Positions 1 to 11,795 of a DNA stretch of 64,000 nt are shown here, piece after piece; the first letter of the stretch is position 1, and the number at the start of each line of letters is the position of its first letter. A program made the translations under genes and the position numbers. The notes below the pieces were generated by a model, which ran no database searches, was not told the origin of the DNA, and was given only the letters and a program-made list of their open reading frames with translations. Source of the stretch: Candidatus Poribacteria bacterium (GTDB taxonomy: Bacteria > Poribacteria > WGA-4E > WGA-3G); NCBI GenBank assembly GCA_963665235.2, contig CAXXLX010000002.1, forward strand, positions 32,001 through 96,000. Reading direction: 5' to 3'.

Positions 1-2
1 AA

Positions 3-1403
3 TATCTAGAGGGAATCGAACTTTCTCCAGAGGAAATTAAAACAGGATTGCGACAAGCTACACTCAGCGCAGAAGTTGTACCTGTACTCTGCGGAAGCGC
101 ACTAAAAAATAAAGGCGTACAACCCCTCCTAGACGCTATCGTCTCATACCTGCCAGCACCGACAGATGTCAAACCAATTGTCGGGTTTAACCCCGAAACC
201 GGCGCAGAAGAGGTCCGCAAACCAAAAGACGATGAACCCTTCTGTGCACTCGCTTTTAAAATTACCAGCGACCCGCACGGAAAAATGACGTATCTCCGAG
301 TTTACTCCGGCGTTCTCAACAAAGGCGATACCGTCTACAACAGTAAACAGCAAAAATCTGAACGTATTGGCAGATTGATGCAAATGCACGCCAACAAACG
401 CGAAGAACGACAATCTGTCAGAGCAGGCGACATCGTTGTAGCAATCGGATTAAAAGATTTGACAACCGGCGACACCATCTGTGCACCAAACGCGCATATC
501 GCTTTGGAGACCATGGTCTTTCCGTTACCTGTCATGTCTGTAGCTGTCGAACCGCGCACACAATCGGACATCGATAAGTTGAACCTCGCCCTTGCAAAGT
601 TAGCAGAGGAAGACCCCACTTTCAAGGTCCACCAAAATTCTGAAACTGGGCAAACCCTCTTATCGGGCATGGGGGAACTTCATCTAGAAATCATCGTTGA
701 CAGACTCGTCCGGGAGTTCAGTGTTTCTGCAAATATAGGTTTACCTGAAGTCGCCTATCGCGAAACACTCCGGAAACCTGTCAAATCGGTCGGAAGATTC
801 GTCCGACAAACTGGCGGCAGAGGCCAATTCGGGCATGTTGTCATTGAGGTTACACCCCTTGAAAAAGGGACCGGTTTCCAGTTCACTGATAAAACAAAGG
901 GCGGCGTTATACCACAGGAGTACATTCCAGCAGTTCGGAAAGGCATCGAAGAGGCGATGAAGGTTGGAACATTAGCAGGGTACCCTGTCGTTGATATAGG
1001 CGTAGAACTTGTAGATGGCTCCTATCATCCGGTAGATTCATCCGAAATGTCGTTTTCAATAGCAGGCTCCATGGCATTTAAGGACGCAGCCAAACAGGCA
1101 GGCTCTATATTACTTGAACCAATAATGGATGTCGAAGTTATCGTTCCGGAAAAATACCTCGGCAAAGTAATTGGAGACCTTAACTCCCGGCGAGCACAAA
1201 TTCGGAAAACGGAAGCCCGCGCCAAATCTCGGATTCAGGTAGTGTACGTAGATGCACCCCTCTCCGAAATGTTCGGTTACGTCAAAACACTTCGTTCGCT
1301 GACACAAGGCCGCGCAAACTATTCTATGGAATTTTCACATTATAGTCAGGTACCAGCAAGTGTCACCGAAACATTGATTTCAAACGTAGCCTCGAAACCA
1401 TAA
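3..1403 (+). CDS. fusA: Elongation factor G, 5'-truncated at the window edge
   Basis: Frame is open from position 3. Motifs [42 protein letters not shown] and LRSLTQGRA are present; gene precedes tuf. Confidence 0.98.
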   Translation, partial: YLEGIELSPEEIKTGLRQATLSAEVVPVLCGSALKNKGVQPLLDAIVSYLPAPTDVKPIVGFNPETGAEEVRKPKDDEPFCALAFKITSDPHGKMTYLRVYSGVLNKGDTVYNSKQQKSERIGRLMQMHANKREERQSVRAGDIVVAIGLKDLTTGDTICAPNAHIALETMVFPLPVMSVAVEPRTQSDIDKLNLALAKLAEEDPTFKVHQNSETGQTLLSGMGELHLEIIVDRLVREFSVSANIGLPEVAYRETLRKPVKSVGRFVRQTGGRGQFGHVVIEVTPLEKGTGFQFTDKTKGGVIPQEYIPAVRKGIEEAMKVGTLAGYPVVDIGVELVDGSYHPVDSSEMSFSIAGSMAFKDAAKQAGSILLEPIMDVEVIVPEKYLGKVIGDLNSRRAQIRKTEARAKSRIQVVYVDAPLSEMFGYVKTLRSLTQGRANYSMEFSHYSQVPASVTETLISNVASKP

Positions 1404-1687
1404 CCCCTCCAACGAAAGACAAAGGCACGGTGGCGTGACACCTGCAAACGGAGGGCACTTACGACACATTTTTGTTGGCACTGCCAACTTATGATATTCG
1501 TTATAAAATTCGGCACACCTAAGCAATCGAAAATCGCTTAGGCAATTTGGAAATGCCCGAGAACTTTGGGCACATCTAAGACCCGGCGCGCAATTACGCG
1601 CATTTAGCAAGAACACAGATTCAACTCAGGTTAAGTGGTATCTTAAAAACCTTTAGACCTAAACATTTTATTGGAGCTCGGACAGAA

Positions 1688-2887
1688 ATGGCAAAACAAG
1701 CTTTTGAAAGGACAAAACCACACGTTAATATTGGGACCATCGGCCACGTCGACCACGGTAAAACAACGCTCACCGCAGCAATTACCATGGTCCTCTCAAA
1801 ACTCGCTGACAAAGACTATGTCATGACCTATGAAGACATTGACAAGGCACCCGAGGAAAAAGAACGTGGCATTACGATTAACACAGCACACGTTGAATAC
1901 GAGACAGACAACCGACACTATGCTCACGTCGACTGCCCCGGCCACGCGGACTACATCAAAAATATGATTACAGGTGCTGCCCAGATGGATGGTGCCATTC
2001 TCGTTGTTTCCGCAGCGGATGGCCCCATGCCGCAGACACGAGAGCACGTGCTCCTGGCAAGACAGGTTAACGTCCCCTCCCTGGTCGTCTTTCTTAATAA
2101 GGCAGACATGGTAGATGACGAGGAACTGCTAGAACTCGTCGATTTGGAGGTCCGAGAATTGTTAACCGAGTACGAGTTCCCCGGAGACGATACACCTATT
2201 ATCGCAGGTTCCGCACTCGAAGCGATGGAAGCCGCTGGCAACCCCGAAAGTGATGCCTGTAAACCTATCCGTGAACTTATGGCATCTGTTGACGAGTTTA
2301 TCCCTGAACCGGTTCGCGATACGGAAAAACCCTTCTTGATGCCCATCGAAGATATCTTTACTATCAGTGGACGCGGCACCGTCGTCACCGGACGCGTTGA
2401 ACGCGGCATCATTGAAGTCGGAAATACCGTCGAAATTGTCGGCCTCCGGGAAACACAAGACACCGTCGTCACTGGCGTTGAAATGTTCAACAAATTCCTT
2501 GACGAAGGAAGAGCCGGCGACAATATCGGAGCCTTGCTCAGAGGTATTGACCGAGACGATGTAGAACGGGGACAGGTGTTGTCAATCCCCGGAACCGTCA
2601 CACCGCATACCAAATTTGAAGCGGAAGCCTATATCTTAACCAAAGAGGAGGGCGGCCGATGGAATCCGTTCTTTAGCGGATATCGCCCCCAATTCTATTT
2701 CCGCACAACCGATGTGACCGGCGAAATGCGCCTCCCTGAAGGCATCGAAATGATTATGCCCGGCGATAACGCACAGATTACCGTCGAACTCACAAAACCG
2801 ATTGCATTAGAGGAACAACTCCGATTCGCCATCCGCGAAGGCGGACATACTATTGGCGCTGGCGTTGTCTCTAAAATCCTTGAATAA
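1688..2887 (+). CDS. tuf: Elongation factor Tu
   Basis: [26 protein letters not shown] and [12 protein letters not shown] motifs. Confidence 0.99.
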   Translation: MAKQAFERTKPHVNIGTIGHVDHGKTTLTAAITMVLSKLADKDYVMTYEDIDKAPEEKERGITINTAHVEYETDNRHYAHVDCPGHADYIKNMITGAAQMDGAILVVSAADGPMPQTREHVLLARQVNVPSLVVFLNKADMVDDEELLELVDLEVRELLTEYEFPGDDTPIIAGSALEAMEAAGNPESDACKPIRELMASVDEFIPEPVRDTEKPFLMPIEDIFTISGRGTVVTGRVERGIIEVGNTVEIVGLRETQDTVVTGVEMFNKFLDEGRAGDNIGALLRGIDRDDVERGQVLSIPGTVTPHTKFEAEAYILTKEEGGRWNPFFSGYRPQFYFRTTDVTGEMRLPEGIEMIMPGDNAQITVELTKPIALEEQLRFAIREGGHTIGAGVVSKILE

Positions 2888-2954
2888 GAGGAACGTTTTT
2901 TGTAGGATGCCTCACTCGCTTCGCTGATGTTGCTTAGCAAAACAGGAGACACGA

Positions 2955-3266
2955 ATGGACAATCAAAAGATACGCATCCGGCTTAAAGCCTTTGATTACC
3001 GGCTGCTTGACCAGTCTGCTAAACAGATTGCTGTCACCGCACGTCAAACGCAAGCCAGGGTCTCCGGGCCCATTCCGCTACCGACGAAAAAGCACATCTT
3101 TACTGTTCAACGTTCAACGTTCAAAGACAAAAAGTCTAGGGAACAGTTCGAAATGCGGATTCATAAACGGTTGCTGGATATTCTTGAAACCGCCCCGAAG
3201 ACAGTTGACGCGCTTATGCGCCTTGACCTACCGGCTGGCGTTGATGTCAAAATCACACTATTGTAA
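2955..3266 (+). CDS. rpsJ: 30S ribosomal protein S10
   Basis: [17 protein letters not shown] and [13 protein letters not shown]; SD AGGAG. Confidence 0.99.
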   Translation: MDNQKIRIRLKAFDYRLLDQSAKQIAVTARQTQARVSGPIPLPTKKHIFTVQRSTFKDKKSREQFEMRIHKRLLDILETAPKTVDALMRLDLPAGVDVKITLL

Positions 3267-3281
3267 AGGGAGACAGCCGAA

Positions 3282-3932
3282 ATGGTTAACGGAATCATTG
3301 GTAAAAAAGTCGGCATGACACAGCTCTTTGAAGAATCCGGGAAAGCAATTCCTGTCACTGTCATCGAAGCGGGCCCGTGCCCTATTGTACAGCTCAAAAC
3401 CCAGGAACGCGATGGATACCAAGCTGTCCAATTAGGATTTGGCACCCGGAAAGAGAACAAAACCAATAGCCCGAAACGTGGGCATTTCAGAAAAGCCGGA
3501 GTCGACCTAACCCAGGTCCTCCGAGAATTTCGGGTAGAAAGCCTTGAGGAAATCACAGTCGGTGACACCGTAAACGCAAGCCTCTTCTCAGAAGGGGAGC
3601 TAGTAGATGTCACCGGCACCACAAAGGGACGGGGATTCACAGGTGTCGTTAAACGTTGGGGATTCGCAGGCGGTAGAAAGTCACACGGTGGTGAACAGGA
3701 CCTCCGCCGCCCCGGAGCTATCGGCGCAAGCGCAACCCCCTCCCGTGTCTTTAAGGGGAAACGCATGCCCGGACGCCACGGTGCCAAAAGGCACACCGTC
3801 CAAAATTTACAAGTCATCCGCGCTGACGCAGAACGGAACTTGTTGGTTGTTAAAGGAGCCGTCCCAGGACCGCCTAACGGACTCCTTTTGATAAAGAAAG
3901 CTGTAAAGACCTCCAAAACAGCTACCGATTGA
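3282..3932 (+). CDS. rplC: 50S ribosomal protein L3
   Basis: GKKVGMTQ, DGYQAVQLG, KGRGFTG and KGAVPGP; operon position. Confidence 0.99.
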   Translation: MVNGIIGKKVGMTQLFEESGKAIPVTVIEAGPCPIVQLKTQERDGYQAVQLGFGTRKENKTNSPKRGHFRKAGVDLTQVLREFRVESLEEITVGDTVNASLFSEGELVDVTGTTKGRGFTGVVKRWGFAGGRKSHGGEQDLRRPGAIGASATPSRVFKGKRMPGRHGAKRHTVQNLQVIRADAERNLLVVKGAVPGPPNGLLLIKKAVKTSKTATD

Positions 3933-4067
3933 GAAGAGGTCGCAGCATTCAGGAACACCTTGCCCAGGAAAACAGGGAATTGGCAGCATTAACCGAGGGG
4001 ATGCTTAAAAGCGGACACCACAGGTATCGCATGCCACGCCAGTATATCGGAGAAGAAACAGAAAGCT

Positions 4068-4718
4068 ATGGCAACCTTAAACGTACACAATCGTTCAGGC
4101 GAAGTCCTTCACCAAAAGAAACTCGATGAAGCCTTCACACATGCAGAAGTTAATGAAGCTGTTGTCCATCAATGTGTAGTCGCATATCTCGCCAACCAGC
4201 GCAGTGGAACAGCCTCAACCAAAAGCCGAGGTGAAGTCAGGGGGAGTGGTCGGAAATTATACCGCCAAAAAGGTACAGGCAGAGCACGAGTCGGGGACGC
4301 ACAATCGCCAATACGGGTACATGGCGGCGTAGCCTTCGGACCGAAACCGCGTAGCTACAGGCAACGCACACCGAAACAGATACGCCGACTCGGACTAAAA
4401 AGTGCCATCGCCGCTCAATTCCAGAATGAACGATGTGTTCTCATTGAAGATTTCACGCTCGAGCGGCCCCGAACCAAAGAAATTGTCGCACTCTTAGACG
4501 CTTTGAATTTGAAGGGAAAAGTCTTATTTGTGTTGGATGAACACAGCCCGAATATCTACCTCTCCCTACGAAATATCCCGAAGGTTAACAGCTGCACGTG
4601 GAATACACTCAATGTATATCAGGTCCTGTGGCACGACACGTTGGTCATAACGGAGCGCGCTGCGGAAAAATTAGAAGCCAAATTCGTCGAGACTGAAGAG
4701 GTAACTCATGAGGGATAA
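4068..4718 (+). CDS. rplD: 50S ribosomal protein L4
   Basis: [11 protein letters not shown] and [10 protein letters not shown]. Confidence 0.99.
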   Translation: MATLNVHNRSGEVLHQKKLDEAFTHAEVNEAVVHQCVVAYLANQRSGTASTKSRGEVRGSGRKLYRQKGTGRARVGDAQSPIRVHGGVAFGPKPRSYRQRTPKQIRRLGLKSAIAAQFQNERCVLIEDFTLERPRTKEIVALLDALNLKGKVLFVLDEHSPNIYLSLRNIPKVNSCTWNTLNVYQVLWHDTLVITERAAEKLEAKFVETEEVTHEG

Positions 4719-5007
4719 ATACCAAATCATTTTGAAACCTCACTTTACAGAGAAAAGCTCCGCCCTGCGCGAGAATAATAAGTACGTGTTCGTGGTCAGA
4801 CGGGATGCAACGAAAACAGAAATCCGTCAGGCAGCCGAAGAACTTTTTGAGCTCCAGGGAAATATCGTCAGCGTCCACACAATGCGCGTCAAAGGTAAAC
4901 CGAAAGGCAAAATGCTTCGATACCAACGGGGACGCAGCCCACATTGGAAAAAAGCAATTATCACCGTAACTGAAGGAACAACACTCGCAGCCTTCGAGAA
5001 TATATAG
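4708..5007 (+). CDS. rplW: 50S ribosomal protein L23
   Basis: PHFTEKS, ATKTEI and WKKAIIT; operon position. Confidence 0.97.
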   Translation: MRDKYQIILKPHFTEKSSALRENNKYVFVVRRDATKTEIRQAAEELFELQGNIVSVHTMRVKGKPKGKMLRYQRGRSPHWKKAIITVTEGTTLAAFENI

Positions 5008-5069
5008 TCATGAGATAACCCCCTAACACCGTGGGGGACAGATACATATTTTAACGAGAGGAAGGGAAA

Positions 5070-5885
5070 GTGCCTAAGACATATTCACCTGTCACGCCAA
5101 GTCGGCGATTTATGACAGGATATACCTTTGAAGAGATTACACGGCAGAAACCTGAAAAATCGCTCGTCAAAGGAATCAAGAAGAACGCAGGCCGTAACAA
5201 TAATGGACGCATGACCGTACGCCGACGCGGCGGCGGGCACAAACGCCGATACCGAATCGTTGATTTCAAACGCGATAAATTCGGCATCCCCGCAAAAGTC
5301 GCCTCCATCGAGTACGACCCGAATCGCTCCGCACATATCGCACTGCTCCATTATGCAGATGGCGAGAAACGGTACATACTCGCCCCTGTCGGACTTCAGG
5401 TCGGCCAGAGCGTCACCTCAGGACCCGATGCCGAAATTCAGGTCGGAAACGCCTTACCGCTTCAAAAAATTCCGCTGGGCACTTCAATACATAACATAGA
5501 AATGCGCCCCGGTAAAGGCGGACAACTCGTCCGAAGCGCAGGTGGAGCCGCCCAATTGATTGACCGTGAAGGAAAATATGCACGCATACGGCTACCCTCC
5601 AGCGAAATCCGACTGCTGCCAGTAGAAGCAATGGCAACTATAGGACAGGTCGGAAATGTCAGCAAGATTGTCATCGGCAAAGCTGGACGCTCAAGATGGC
5701 TAGGAAAACGACCAAAAGTCCGAGGAGTCGCCATGAACCCGGTAGACCACCCCCATGGCGGCGGGGAAGGCAAAAGTTCCGGCGGAAGACACCCAGTCAC
5801 ACCCTGGGGCGTACCGACCAAAGGGTATAAAACGCGAAACCGAAAGAAGAAATCCAGCCAATATATTGTTGGAAAACGTAAATAG
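5070..5885 (+). CDS. rplB: 50S ribosomal protein L2
   Basis: [16 protein letters not shown] and [17 protein letters not shown]. Confidence 0.99.
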   Translation: MPKTYSPVTPSRRFMTGYTFEEITRQKPEKSLVKGIKKNAGRNNNGRMTVRRRGGGHKRRYRIVDFKRDKFGIPAKVASIEYDPNRSAHIALLHYADGEKRYILAPVGLQVGQSVTSGPDAEIQVGNALPLQKIPLGTSIHNIEMRPGKGGQLVRSAGGAAQLIDREGKYARIRLPSSEIRLLPVEAMATIGQVGNVSKIVIGKAGRSRWLGKRPKVRGVAMNPVDHPHGGGEGKSSGGRHPVTPWGVPTKGYKTRNRKKKSSQYIVGKRK

Positions 5886-5910
5886 GACTTTCAGGTAACA
5901 GGAGAAGCCA

Positions 5911-6180
5911 ATGCCACGCTCTATCAAAAAGGGACCCTATGTTGACCCGAAACTCGCAAAAAAGATCGCTCAAATGGAACAAACCGGGAGCAAACGGGTA
6001 ATTCGCACATGGTCGCGTAGCACTACTATCACCCCCGAATTTGTTGGCCATACACTCGCAATTTATAACGGAAAAAAATTCTTTCCCGTTTATATCACCG
6101 AGAATATGGTCGGCCATAAACTCGGAGAATTTGCTCCGACCCGGACATTCCGAGCACATGCCGGGGGGGTTACCAGATAA
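5911..6180 (+). CDS. rpsS: 30S ribosomal protein S19
   Basis: [13 protein letters not shown] and [13 protein letters not shown]. Confidence 0.99.
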   Translation: MPRSIKKGPYVDPKLAKKIAQMEQTGSKRVIRTWSRSTTITPEFVGHTLAIYNGKKFFPVYITENMVGHKLGEFAPTRTFRAHAGGVTR

Positions 6181-6308
6181 TTTTTTTCTAATGTTCTTGC
6201 ATCAAAACGAAACGCTTTACGCAGAGAAAGCGGATTAACCTTCTGATGCATAGCCAAGTGTTAATATGAAACAAAACCTCGCAACTTAGGTTTTGTTAGG
6301 AGAAACTG

Positions 6309-6680
6309 ATGGAAGCTAAGGCTAAGATTCGGAACGTTTCGGTGGCACCCCGAAAAGCACGACTTGTCGCCGACCTCGTCAGGAATCAATATGTTGAAGA
6401 CGCTTTAAATCAATTGATGTTTACACATAAAGCGGCAGCACCTATCATTTACAAGCTGATTCAATCCGCAGTGGCAAACGCACAATATCAAGATTCCGCA
6501 GTGGATATCGCTAATTTGTACGTCAAAGAGATATGGGTCGATGAAGGAGTCACCCGAAAATGGATACGGCATAGAGCGAGAGGTATGGCAAACCGAATTC
6601 TAAAACGCCAAAGCCATATCACCGTCATCGTCGACGAGGAAGAGGAAGAAGAGGAGCACTTCGATTATGCTGATGAATAA
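6309..6680 (+). CDS. rplV: 50S ribosomal protein L22 with an acidic C-terminal tail
   Basis: PRKARLVADLVR, SAVANA, RARG and SHITV. Confidence 0.98.
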   Translation: MEAKAKIRNVSVAPRKARLVADLVRNQYVEDALNQLMFTHKAAAPIIYKLIQSAVANAQYQDSAVDIANLYVKEIWVDEGVTRKWIRHRARGMANRILKRQSHITVIVDEEEEEEEHFDYADE

Positions 6681-6739
6681 ACAGCAGCCCGTCCAACCTC
6701 TAAAATCACGACAGACGCTGTGTCCGACAGGAGGTTCGC

Positions 6740-7576
6740 GTGGGACAAAAAACTCATCCGCGTGGTTTACGCTTAGGAATAATTAAAACCTGGGATTCAA
6801 AATGGTACAGCGACCGAGATTATGCAAAGTGGCTGCACGAAGATTTCCAGATTCAAAAATACGTCAAAGAGCAATTGGAACGGGCCGGCATTTCGCGCAT
6901 CGTAGTCGAACGGGTCGCAGAGAAATGCACCGTGAATATACATACTGCCCGACCCGGGGTCGTTATCGGACGGAGAGGCGTTGAAGCTGAAAAACTTCAG
7001 GCAGAACTCGAAAAACTTATCGGGCGACCCGTTAAAATTAACGTCGAGGAAATTAAAGTCCCCGAATTGGATGCACAACTCCTCGCCGAAGCTGTCGCAA
7101 CCCAAATCGAACGCCGCATCAGCTATAAACAAGCCATGCACCGAAATATCGCCGTTTCAATGCAAGCGGGGGCTAAAGGCGTGAAAGTCATGGTCAGCGG
7201 CAGGCTTGATGGCAAGGAAATCGCACGAACTGAATCCAGTCTAGAAGGACGAGTCCCTTTACATACACTCCGCGCCGATATAGACTACGGATTCACCGAA
7301 GCCAATACCACTTACGGAAAAATTGGCGTAAAAGCCTGGATTTTCAAAGGCGAAATCATTGAACTCCCTGAAGAACTCAGAGGTGAACCTTTAACCCGAC
7401 GGCAACCTAGTAGTAAACGCGACGATGTGGGAAGCCCAAGAACCGAGCAGCAAAGAACAAACACACGGCGCAACACCAGAAACCAACCGGGCGGACAGCG
7501 AAACCGAAACCAAGGACGCGGCAAACCCAGAGGGAGACAACAGAGAGGCAGCGGTAGACAAAACAGGAATAACTAA
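6740..7576 (+). CDS. rpsC: 30S ribosomal protein S3 with an Arg/Gln/Asn-rich C-terminal extension
   Basis: MGQKTHP, ARPGVVIG, VPLHTLRADIDY and TYGKIGVKAWI. Confidence 0.99.
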   Translation: MGQKTHPRGLRLGIIKTWDSKWYSDRDYAKWLHEDFQIQKYVKEQLERAGISRIVVERVAEKCTVNIHTARPGVVIGRRGVEAEKLQAELEKLIGRPVKINVEEIKVPELDAQLLAEAVATQIERRISYKQAMHRNIAVSMQAGAKGVKVMVSGRLDGKEIARTESSLEGRVPLHTLRADIDYGFTEANTTYGKIGVKAWIFKGEIIELPEELRGEPLTRRQPSSKRDDVGSPRTEQQRTNTRRNTRNQPGGQRNRNQGRGKPRGRQQRGSGRQNRNN

Positions 7577-7631
7577 ATACTGGAAACGTTTACCTAAACC
7601 TATCATAAACTGACCGAAGGAGACATTCAAA

Positions 7632-8048
7632 ATGTTGATGCCAAAACGAGTAATGCATCGATATGTACACCGGGGTAAACGCCGGGGTAAACCTAAAAGA
7701 GGCTCCCAAATTAGCTTCGGGGAATACGGACTACAAGCGATGGAAGCCGGATGGATTACCAGCAACCAAATTGAATCCGCACGAGTTGCCATCACACGTC
7801 ACGTGCGCCGGGGTGGAAAAATTTGGATCAAAATTTTTCCGCACAAACCTATTAGCAAAAAGGCAGCCGAAACGCGGATGGGCGGCGGCAAAAAGGGCGG
7901 TGCTGAATCCTGGGTAGCCGTTGTCAAACCCGGTAGAATCCTCTATGAACTCAGCGGCGTTTCCCTCGAAGACGCAAAGGGGGCAATGGAACGAGCCGCC
8001 CACAAATTGCCTATCAAAACCAAATTCGTCGCACGGGGTGAAATATAG
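7632..8048 (+). CDS. rplP: 50S ribosomal protein L16
   Basis: [20 protein letters not shown] and HKLPIK. Confidence 0.99.
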   Translation: MLMPKRVMHRYVHRGKRRGKPKRGSQISFGEYGLQAMEAGWITSNQIESARVAITRHVRRGGKIWIKIFPHKPISKKAAETRMGGGKKGGAESWVAVVKPGRILYELSGVSLEDAKGAMERAAHKLPIKTKFVARGEI

Positions 8049-8050
8049 CC

Positions 8051-8245
8051 ATGAAAGCTGATGAATTCAGAACAAAGTCAAATGACGAACTACACAGTGA
8101 ACTAGAGACGCTTAAAGAGAACCTTTTTAACCAAAGATTCCGAAGCATCCTAGGGCAACTTGAAGACACTACGCGTCCGGGCAAAATTCGGAAGGACATC
8201 GCACGGATCAAAACTATTCTACGGGCACGCGAGCTAGAAGAATAG
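8051..8245 (+). CDS. rpmC: 50S ribosomal protein L29
   Basis: LFNQRF...GQL...RKDIARIKT. Confidence 0.97.
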   Translation: MKADEFRTKSNDELHSELETLKENLFNQRFRSILGQLEDTTRPGKIRKDIARIKTILRARELEE

Positions 8246-8270
8246 ACATAAAACTGAAACCGGCATACTT

Positions 8271-8740
8271 ATACCATTTTTATTAATTATTCTATCATTA
8301 CCGGTTGTTGGAAATGAAACGGAGAACGGAAGACCCAAACTGGAAGTTTATGCTACAAGAACGCACAAACTAAAAGTTTATGCTACAAGAACGCACAAAC
8401 TGGAAGTTTATGCTACAAGAACGCACAAACTAAAAGTTTATGCTACAAGAACGCACAAACTATGCTAAGTTTATGCTACAAGAACGCACAAACTGGAAGT
8501 TTATGCTACAAGAACGCACAAACACAAACTGGAAGTTTATGCTACAAGAACGCACAAACTGGAAGTTTATGCTACAAGAACGCACAAACTGGAAGTTTAT
8601 GCTACAAGAACGCACAAACTGGAAGTTTATGCTACAAGAACGCACAAACTGGAAGTTTATGCTACAAGAACGCACAAACTGGAAGTTTATGCTACAAGAA
8701 CGCACAAACTGGAAGTTTATGCTACAAGAACGCACAAATT
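8271..8740 (+). repeat. MITE-like left end plus a tandem array of ~13 30-bp REP units
   Basis: Starts ATACCATTTTTATTAATTATTCTATCATTACCGG, as at 14556, 21264, 23480 and 26027. Followed by (GCACAAACTGGAAGTTTATGCTACAAGAAC)n. Confidence 0.93.
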
Positions 8741-8835
8741 AGTATACCGAAAACTTGGCGGACACTTAAAAGTGAAACCCCAACGGAACTCACGTAACTC
8801 ACGTCTCATACTAAGAGACCCGAAAAGAGGATAAG

Positions 8836-9111
8836 TTGAACGTGGAAAAACGAAGACACCGCAAAATCCGAACCGGCACAGTCGTCAGCAATCGCATGGC
8901 GAAAACTGTCAGTGTCGCAATCGTTCGGAGATATCAACATCCACTTTACAAAAAAGTCATACGCTCCACCAAAAAGATTCTTGCACATGACGAGCAGAAT
9001 CGTTGTAATGTCGGAGATGTTGTACAGGTGATTGAAAGTCGACCGCTCAGCCGACGCAAACGCTGGCGCGTCCAAAAAATACTATCAGTGGCACAAGCCG
9101 CCACCGATTAA
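8836..9111 (+). CDS. rpsQ: 30S ribosomal protein S17
   Basis: GTVVSNRMAKT, HPLYKK, AHDE and ESRPLSRRKRW; start could be GTG 8842. Confidence 0.98.
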   Translation: MNVEKRRHRKIRTGTVVSNRMAKTVSVAIVRRYQHPLYKKVIRSTKKILAHDEQNRCNVGDVVQVIESRPLSRRKRWRVQKILSVAQAATD

Positions 9112-9212
9112 ACCGATAGACAACCGTAAGACCTACGTTGGCAGGCACGTCTATATAAACAATAAATCTTCGGATTTATCTAAGTTCTAAGGAGCGGAAG
9201 GAAGGTACCGCA

Positions 9213-9587
9213 ATGGTTCAATCTTACACCCGATTAACCTGCGCTGATAATACAGGAGCCCGAAAATTAATGTGCATTAGCGTACTCGGCGGGACACGAC
9301 GGCACTATGCCAGAGTCGGCGATATCATTGTCGCAAGCATTAAAGAGGCAGCTCCAAATACCCAAGTCAACGCCGGGGAAATCGTTCATGCTGTTGTCGT
9401 CCGAACTGCTAAAGAGTATCGCCGTCAAGATGGCTCCTATATCAAGTTCGACCAAAACGCAGCAGTACTTATCGACCCGCAGAACGATAATCGGCCCCGG
9501 GGGACACGGATTTTCGGACCGGTCGCCCGTGAACTGCGAGAAAAAAAATTCACGCGAATCGTTTCGTTAGCCCCTGAAGTCATCTAG
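9213..9587 (+). CDS. rplN: 50S ribosomal protein L14
   Basis: [18 protein letters not shown] and SLAPEV. Confidence 0.99.
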   Translation: MVQSYTRLTCADNTGARKLMCISVLGGTRRHYARVGDIIVASIKEAAPNTQVNAGEIVHAVVVRTAKEYRRQDGSYIKFDQNAAVLIDPQNDNRPRGTRIFGPVARELREKKFTRIVSLAPEVI

Positions 9588-9598
9588 GAGAAAATCGC

Positions 9599-9832
9599 AT
9601 GTCTCAGAAAAAACTGCATATCAAAAAAGATGACTTAGTTGTCGTCTTGAGTGGACAGGACCGAGGAAAGAGCGGCGTTGTGTTAGAAGTATTTCCCAAA
9701 AAAAACAGAGCGATTGTTGAGGGAATCCATTTCGTCAAACGCCACATGCGCCCCAATCAAGCAGGACAAGGCGGAATCGTAGAACGTGAAGGCACTATTC
9801 ACATCTCTAATCTAAAGAGAGTTGAAAACTAG
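9599..9832 (+). CDS. rplX: 50S ribosomal protein L24, short 77-aa form
   Basis: KOW motif IKKDDLVVVLSGQDRGK and GGIVEREGTIHISN. Confidence 0.96.
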   Translation: MSQKKLHIKKDDLVVVLSGQDRGKSGVVLEVFPKKNRAIVEGIHFVKRHMRPNQAGQGGIVEREGTIHISNLKRVEN

Positions 9833-9872
9833 CACCATCATCTCTACCCGAACGTGATAGGATATAACCCGG

Positions 9873-10412
9873 ATGAGCCCATTTAAAACATTTTATCAAA
9901 CCGAAGTTGTTCCCGCATTACAGAACCAGTTTCATTACAAAAATGTGATGCAGATACCCAAACTGGAGAAAATTACCTTAAATATCGGCATCGGGGAAGC
10001 CATTCAGAACCCAAAGGCACTGCAAGATGCTGTTGAAGAATTAACACAGATTGCCGGCCAACGAGCGATTATCACACACGCAAAAAAATCCGTATCCGCC
10101 TTTAAGGTTCGCGAAGGCAATGCTATTGGATGCAAGGTTACGCTCCGACAACAACGGATGTACGAATTCCTCAACCGATTAATCAACGTAGTACTCCCCC
10201 AAATTCGGGATTTCCGGGGAGTCTCTCCAGATGCTTTTGATGGCAGAGGAAATTATTCACTCGGCCTAACAGAACAACTCATTTTTCCCGAAATCGATTA
10301 TGACCAAGTCAATGACATACGAGGCATGAACGTCACAATTGTGACAACGGCTAAAACTGATGAAGAAGCACATGCCCTATTACGGGAACTTGGGATGCCC
10401 TTCCGTCAGTAA
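9873..10412 (+). CDS. rplE: 50S ribosomal protein L5
   Basis: [21 protein letters not shown] and LGMPF. Confidence 0.99.
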   Translation: MSPFKTFYQTEVVPALQNQFHYKNVMQIPKLEKITLNIGIGEAIQNPKALQDAVEELTQIAGQRAIITHAKKSVSAFKVREGNAIGCKVTLRQQRMYEFLNRLINVVLPQIRDFRGVSPDAFDGRGNYSLGLTEQLIFPEIDYDQVNDIRGMNVTIVTTAKTDEEAHALLRELGMPFRQ

Positions 10413-10541
10413 AATCTTAACGTTTATACCGGACCGACAGGCGCAAATCCAACCCGTTATAGCAAACAGAGCATAGCCGTTCTGAAACTACGAAGTTTTT
10501 TAGGGTGCCTCTCTCAATTCTTGTAAAGGAGTACATGAAAA

Positions 10542-10727
10542 TTGGCAAGTAAATCATGGATTGCACGACATAAGAAAACCCCACGTTTCCGCTCACGCAA
10601 ATATAACCGTTGCAAAACTTGCGGACGCGCCCGGGGATACCTCCGGAAATTTGAATTATGTCGTATCTGCTTTCGGCTCTTCGCACGCGCCGGAAAAATA
10701 CCCGGGGTCAGAAAGGCTAGCTGGTAA
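10542..10727 (+). CDS. rpsN: 30S ribosomal protein S14, short zinc-binding type
   Basis: 61 aa; CKTCGR...LCRICFR...PGVRKASW. Confidence 0.98.
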   Translation: MASKSWIARHKKTPRFRSRKYNRCKTCGRARGYLRKFELCRICFRLFARAGKIPGVRKASW

Positions 10728-10744
10728 CACAAGGAGAAGGTTTC

Positions 10745-11146
10745 ATGGCAATGACAGACCCGATTGCGGATATGTTAACCCGAATGCGCAACGCCAATAT
10801 GGCGGGGCATGAACGCGTCGAAATTCCCGCATCAAACATTAAACTTGAGATAGCACGAATCCTCGCTGATGAAGGATTTATCCGAAACTATAGTTTTATC
10901 GAAGATGCCAAACAGGGAATTTTACGCATCCATCTGAAATACGGAGCACATAATAAAGAGAAAGCTATTACCAACCTCAAGAGAATTAGCAAACCCGGCA
11001 GACGCGTCTACGTAAAAGCCGATAAACTGCCACGAGTCTACGGCGATCTCGGCATTGCTATACTCTCAACATCGCAAGGACTCAAAACCTCTATGGAGTG
11101 CAGACGCACCAAAATTGGAGGCGAAGTCCTCTGCTACGTTTGGTAA
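10745..11146 (+). CDS. rpsH: 30S ribosomal protein S8
   Basis: [18 protein letters not shown] and GGEVLCYVW. Confidence 0.99.
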   Translation: MAMTDPIADMLTRMRNANMAGHERVEIPASNIKLEIARILADEGFIRNYSFIEDAKQGILRIHLKYGAHNKEKAITNLKRISKPGRRVYVKADKLPRVYGDLGIAILSTSQGLKTSMECRRTKIGGEVLCYVW

Positions 11147-11201
11147 CAACACAACACGCGGCTACAAAGCGCACCCACAAAATCTTAAGTGGAGAAATCA
11201 A

Positions 11202-11768
11202 ATGTCACGTATTGGACAAACACCTATTCCAATTCCAAACACGGTGAAAGTTGATTGCAACGAACAAGAAATTCACGTAGAAGGACCGAAAGGGAAACTC
11301 AATTGGATATTCCCCAACGGCATTCATGTCAACGTTGCAGAAAACACTATCAACGTCACACGAACCAGTGAGCTGAAACGACATAAAGCGTTACATGGAT
11401 TAACCCGAAGCCTCATCGCAAATATGATCACAGGCGTTTCGGAAGGGTTCGAAAAAACGCTCCGAGTCGTCGGAACAGGCTACCGCGCCGAAGTCAACCA
11501 TCAGAATATACTCACGCTCGATGTTGGTTATTCACATACTGTCACCTATACCCCACCAGATGGGATAACACTCAGCGTGGAACCTTCCGAGAATATAGAC
11601 GGCCAAACGCACACGCCAATACGCGTCACTGGCATCGATAAGCAGTTGGTAGGACAAACAGCAGCTTCTATTCGCCAAATTAAGAAGCCTGAAGTCTATA
11701 AACCTTGTAAAGGTATTAGATACGAAGGCGAACGCGTCCGAGATAAAGTCGGAAAAGTGGCAGGATAA
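11202..11768 (+). CDS. rplF: 50S ribosomal protein L6
   Basis: True start MSRIG at 11202 (SD GGAG); GPKG, HGLTRSL, GIDKQLVGQ and KGIRY. Confidence 0.98.
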   Translation: MSRIGQTPIPIPNTVKVDCNEQEIHVEGPKGKLNWIFPNGIHVNVAENTINVTRTSELKRHKALHGLTRSLIANMITGVSEGFEKTLRVVGTGYRAEVNHQNILTLDVGYSHTVTYTPPDGITLSVEPSENIDGQTHTPIRVTGIDKQLVGQTAASIRQIKKPEVYKPCKGIRYEGERVRDKVGKVAG

Positions 11769-11795
11769 CAGCCGAAAACACCGGGAGGAAAACCT

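Noticed and set aside
1404-1687. tRNA gene between fusA and tuf
   Set aside because: No cloverleaf or TTC-loop consensus is visible.
8335-8740. CRISPR array (also 14620-15165, 21335-21675, 62921-63085)
   Set aside because: Linkers are 3-10 bp and repeated rather than unique spacers, and there are no cas genes. The core is a GTAG-type REP.
8440-8797. Repeat-peptide ORFs ([28 protein letters not shown]), including 21234-21707 and 62761-63303
   Set aside because: These are by-products of a stop-free repeat unit. They have no SD and their frames are not conserved between loci.
11055-11201. N-terminal extension of L6 (similarly ORF-track starts 18224, 20583, 39427, 43724, 53203, 56091)
   Set aside because: Downstream starts match family N-termini or signal peptides, and nearly all have SD sequences.
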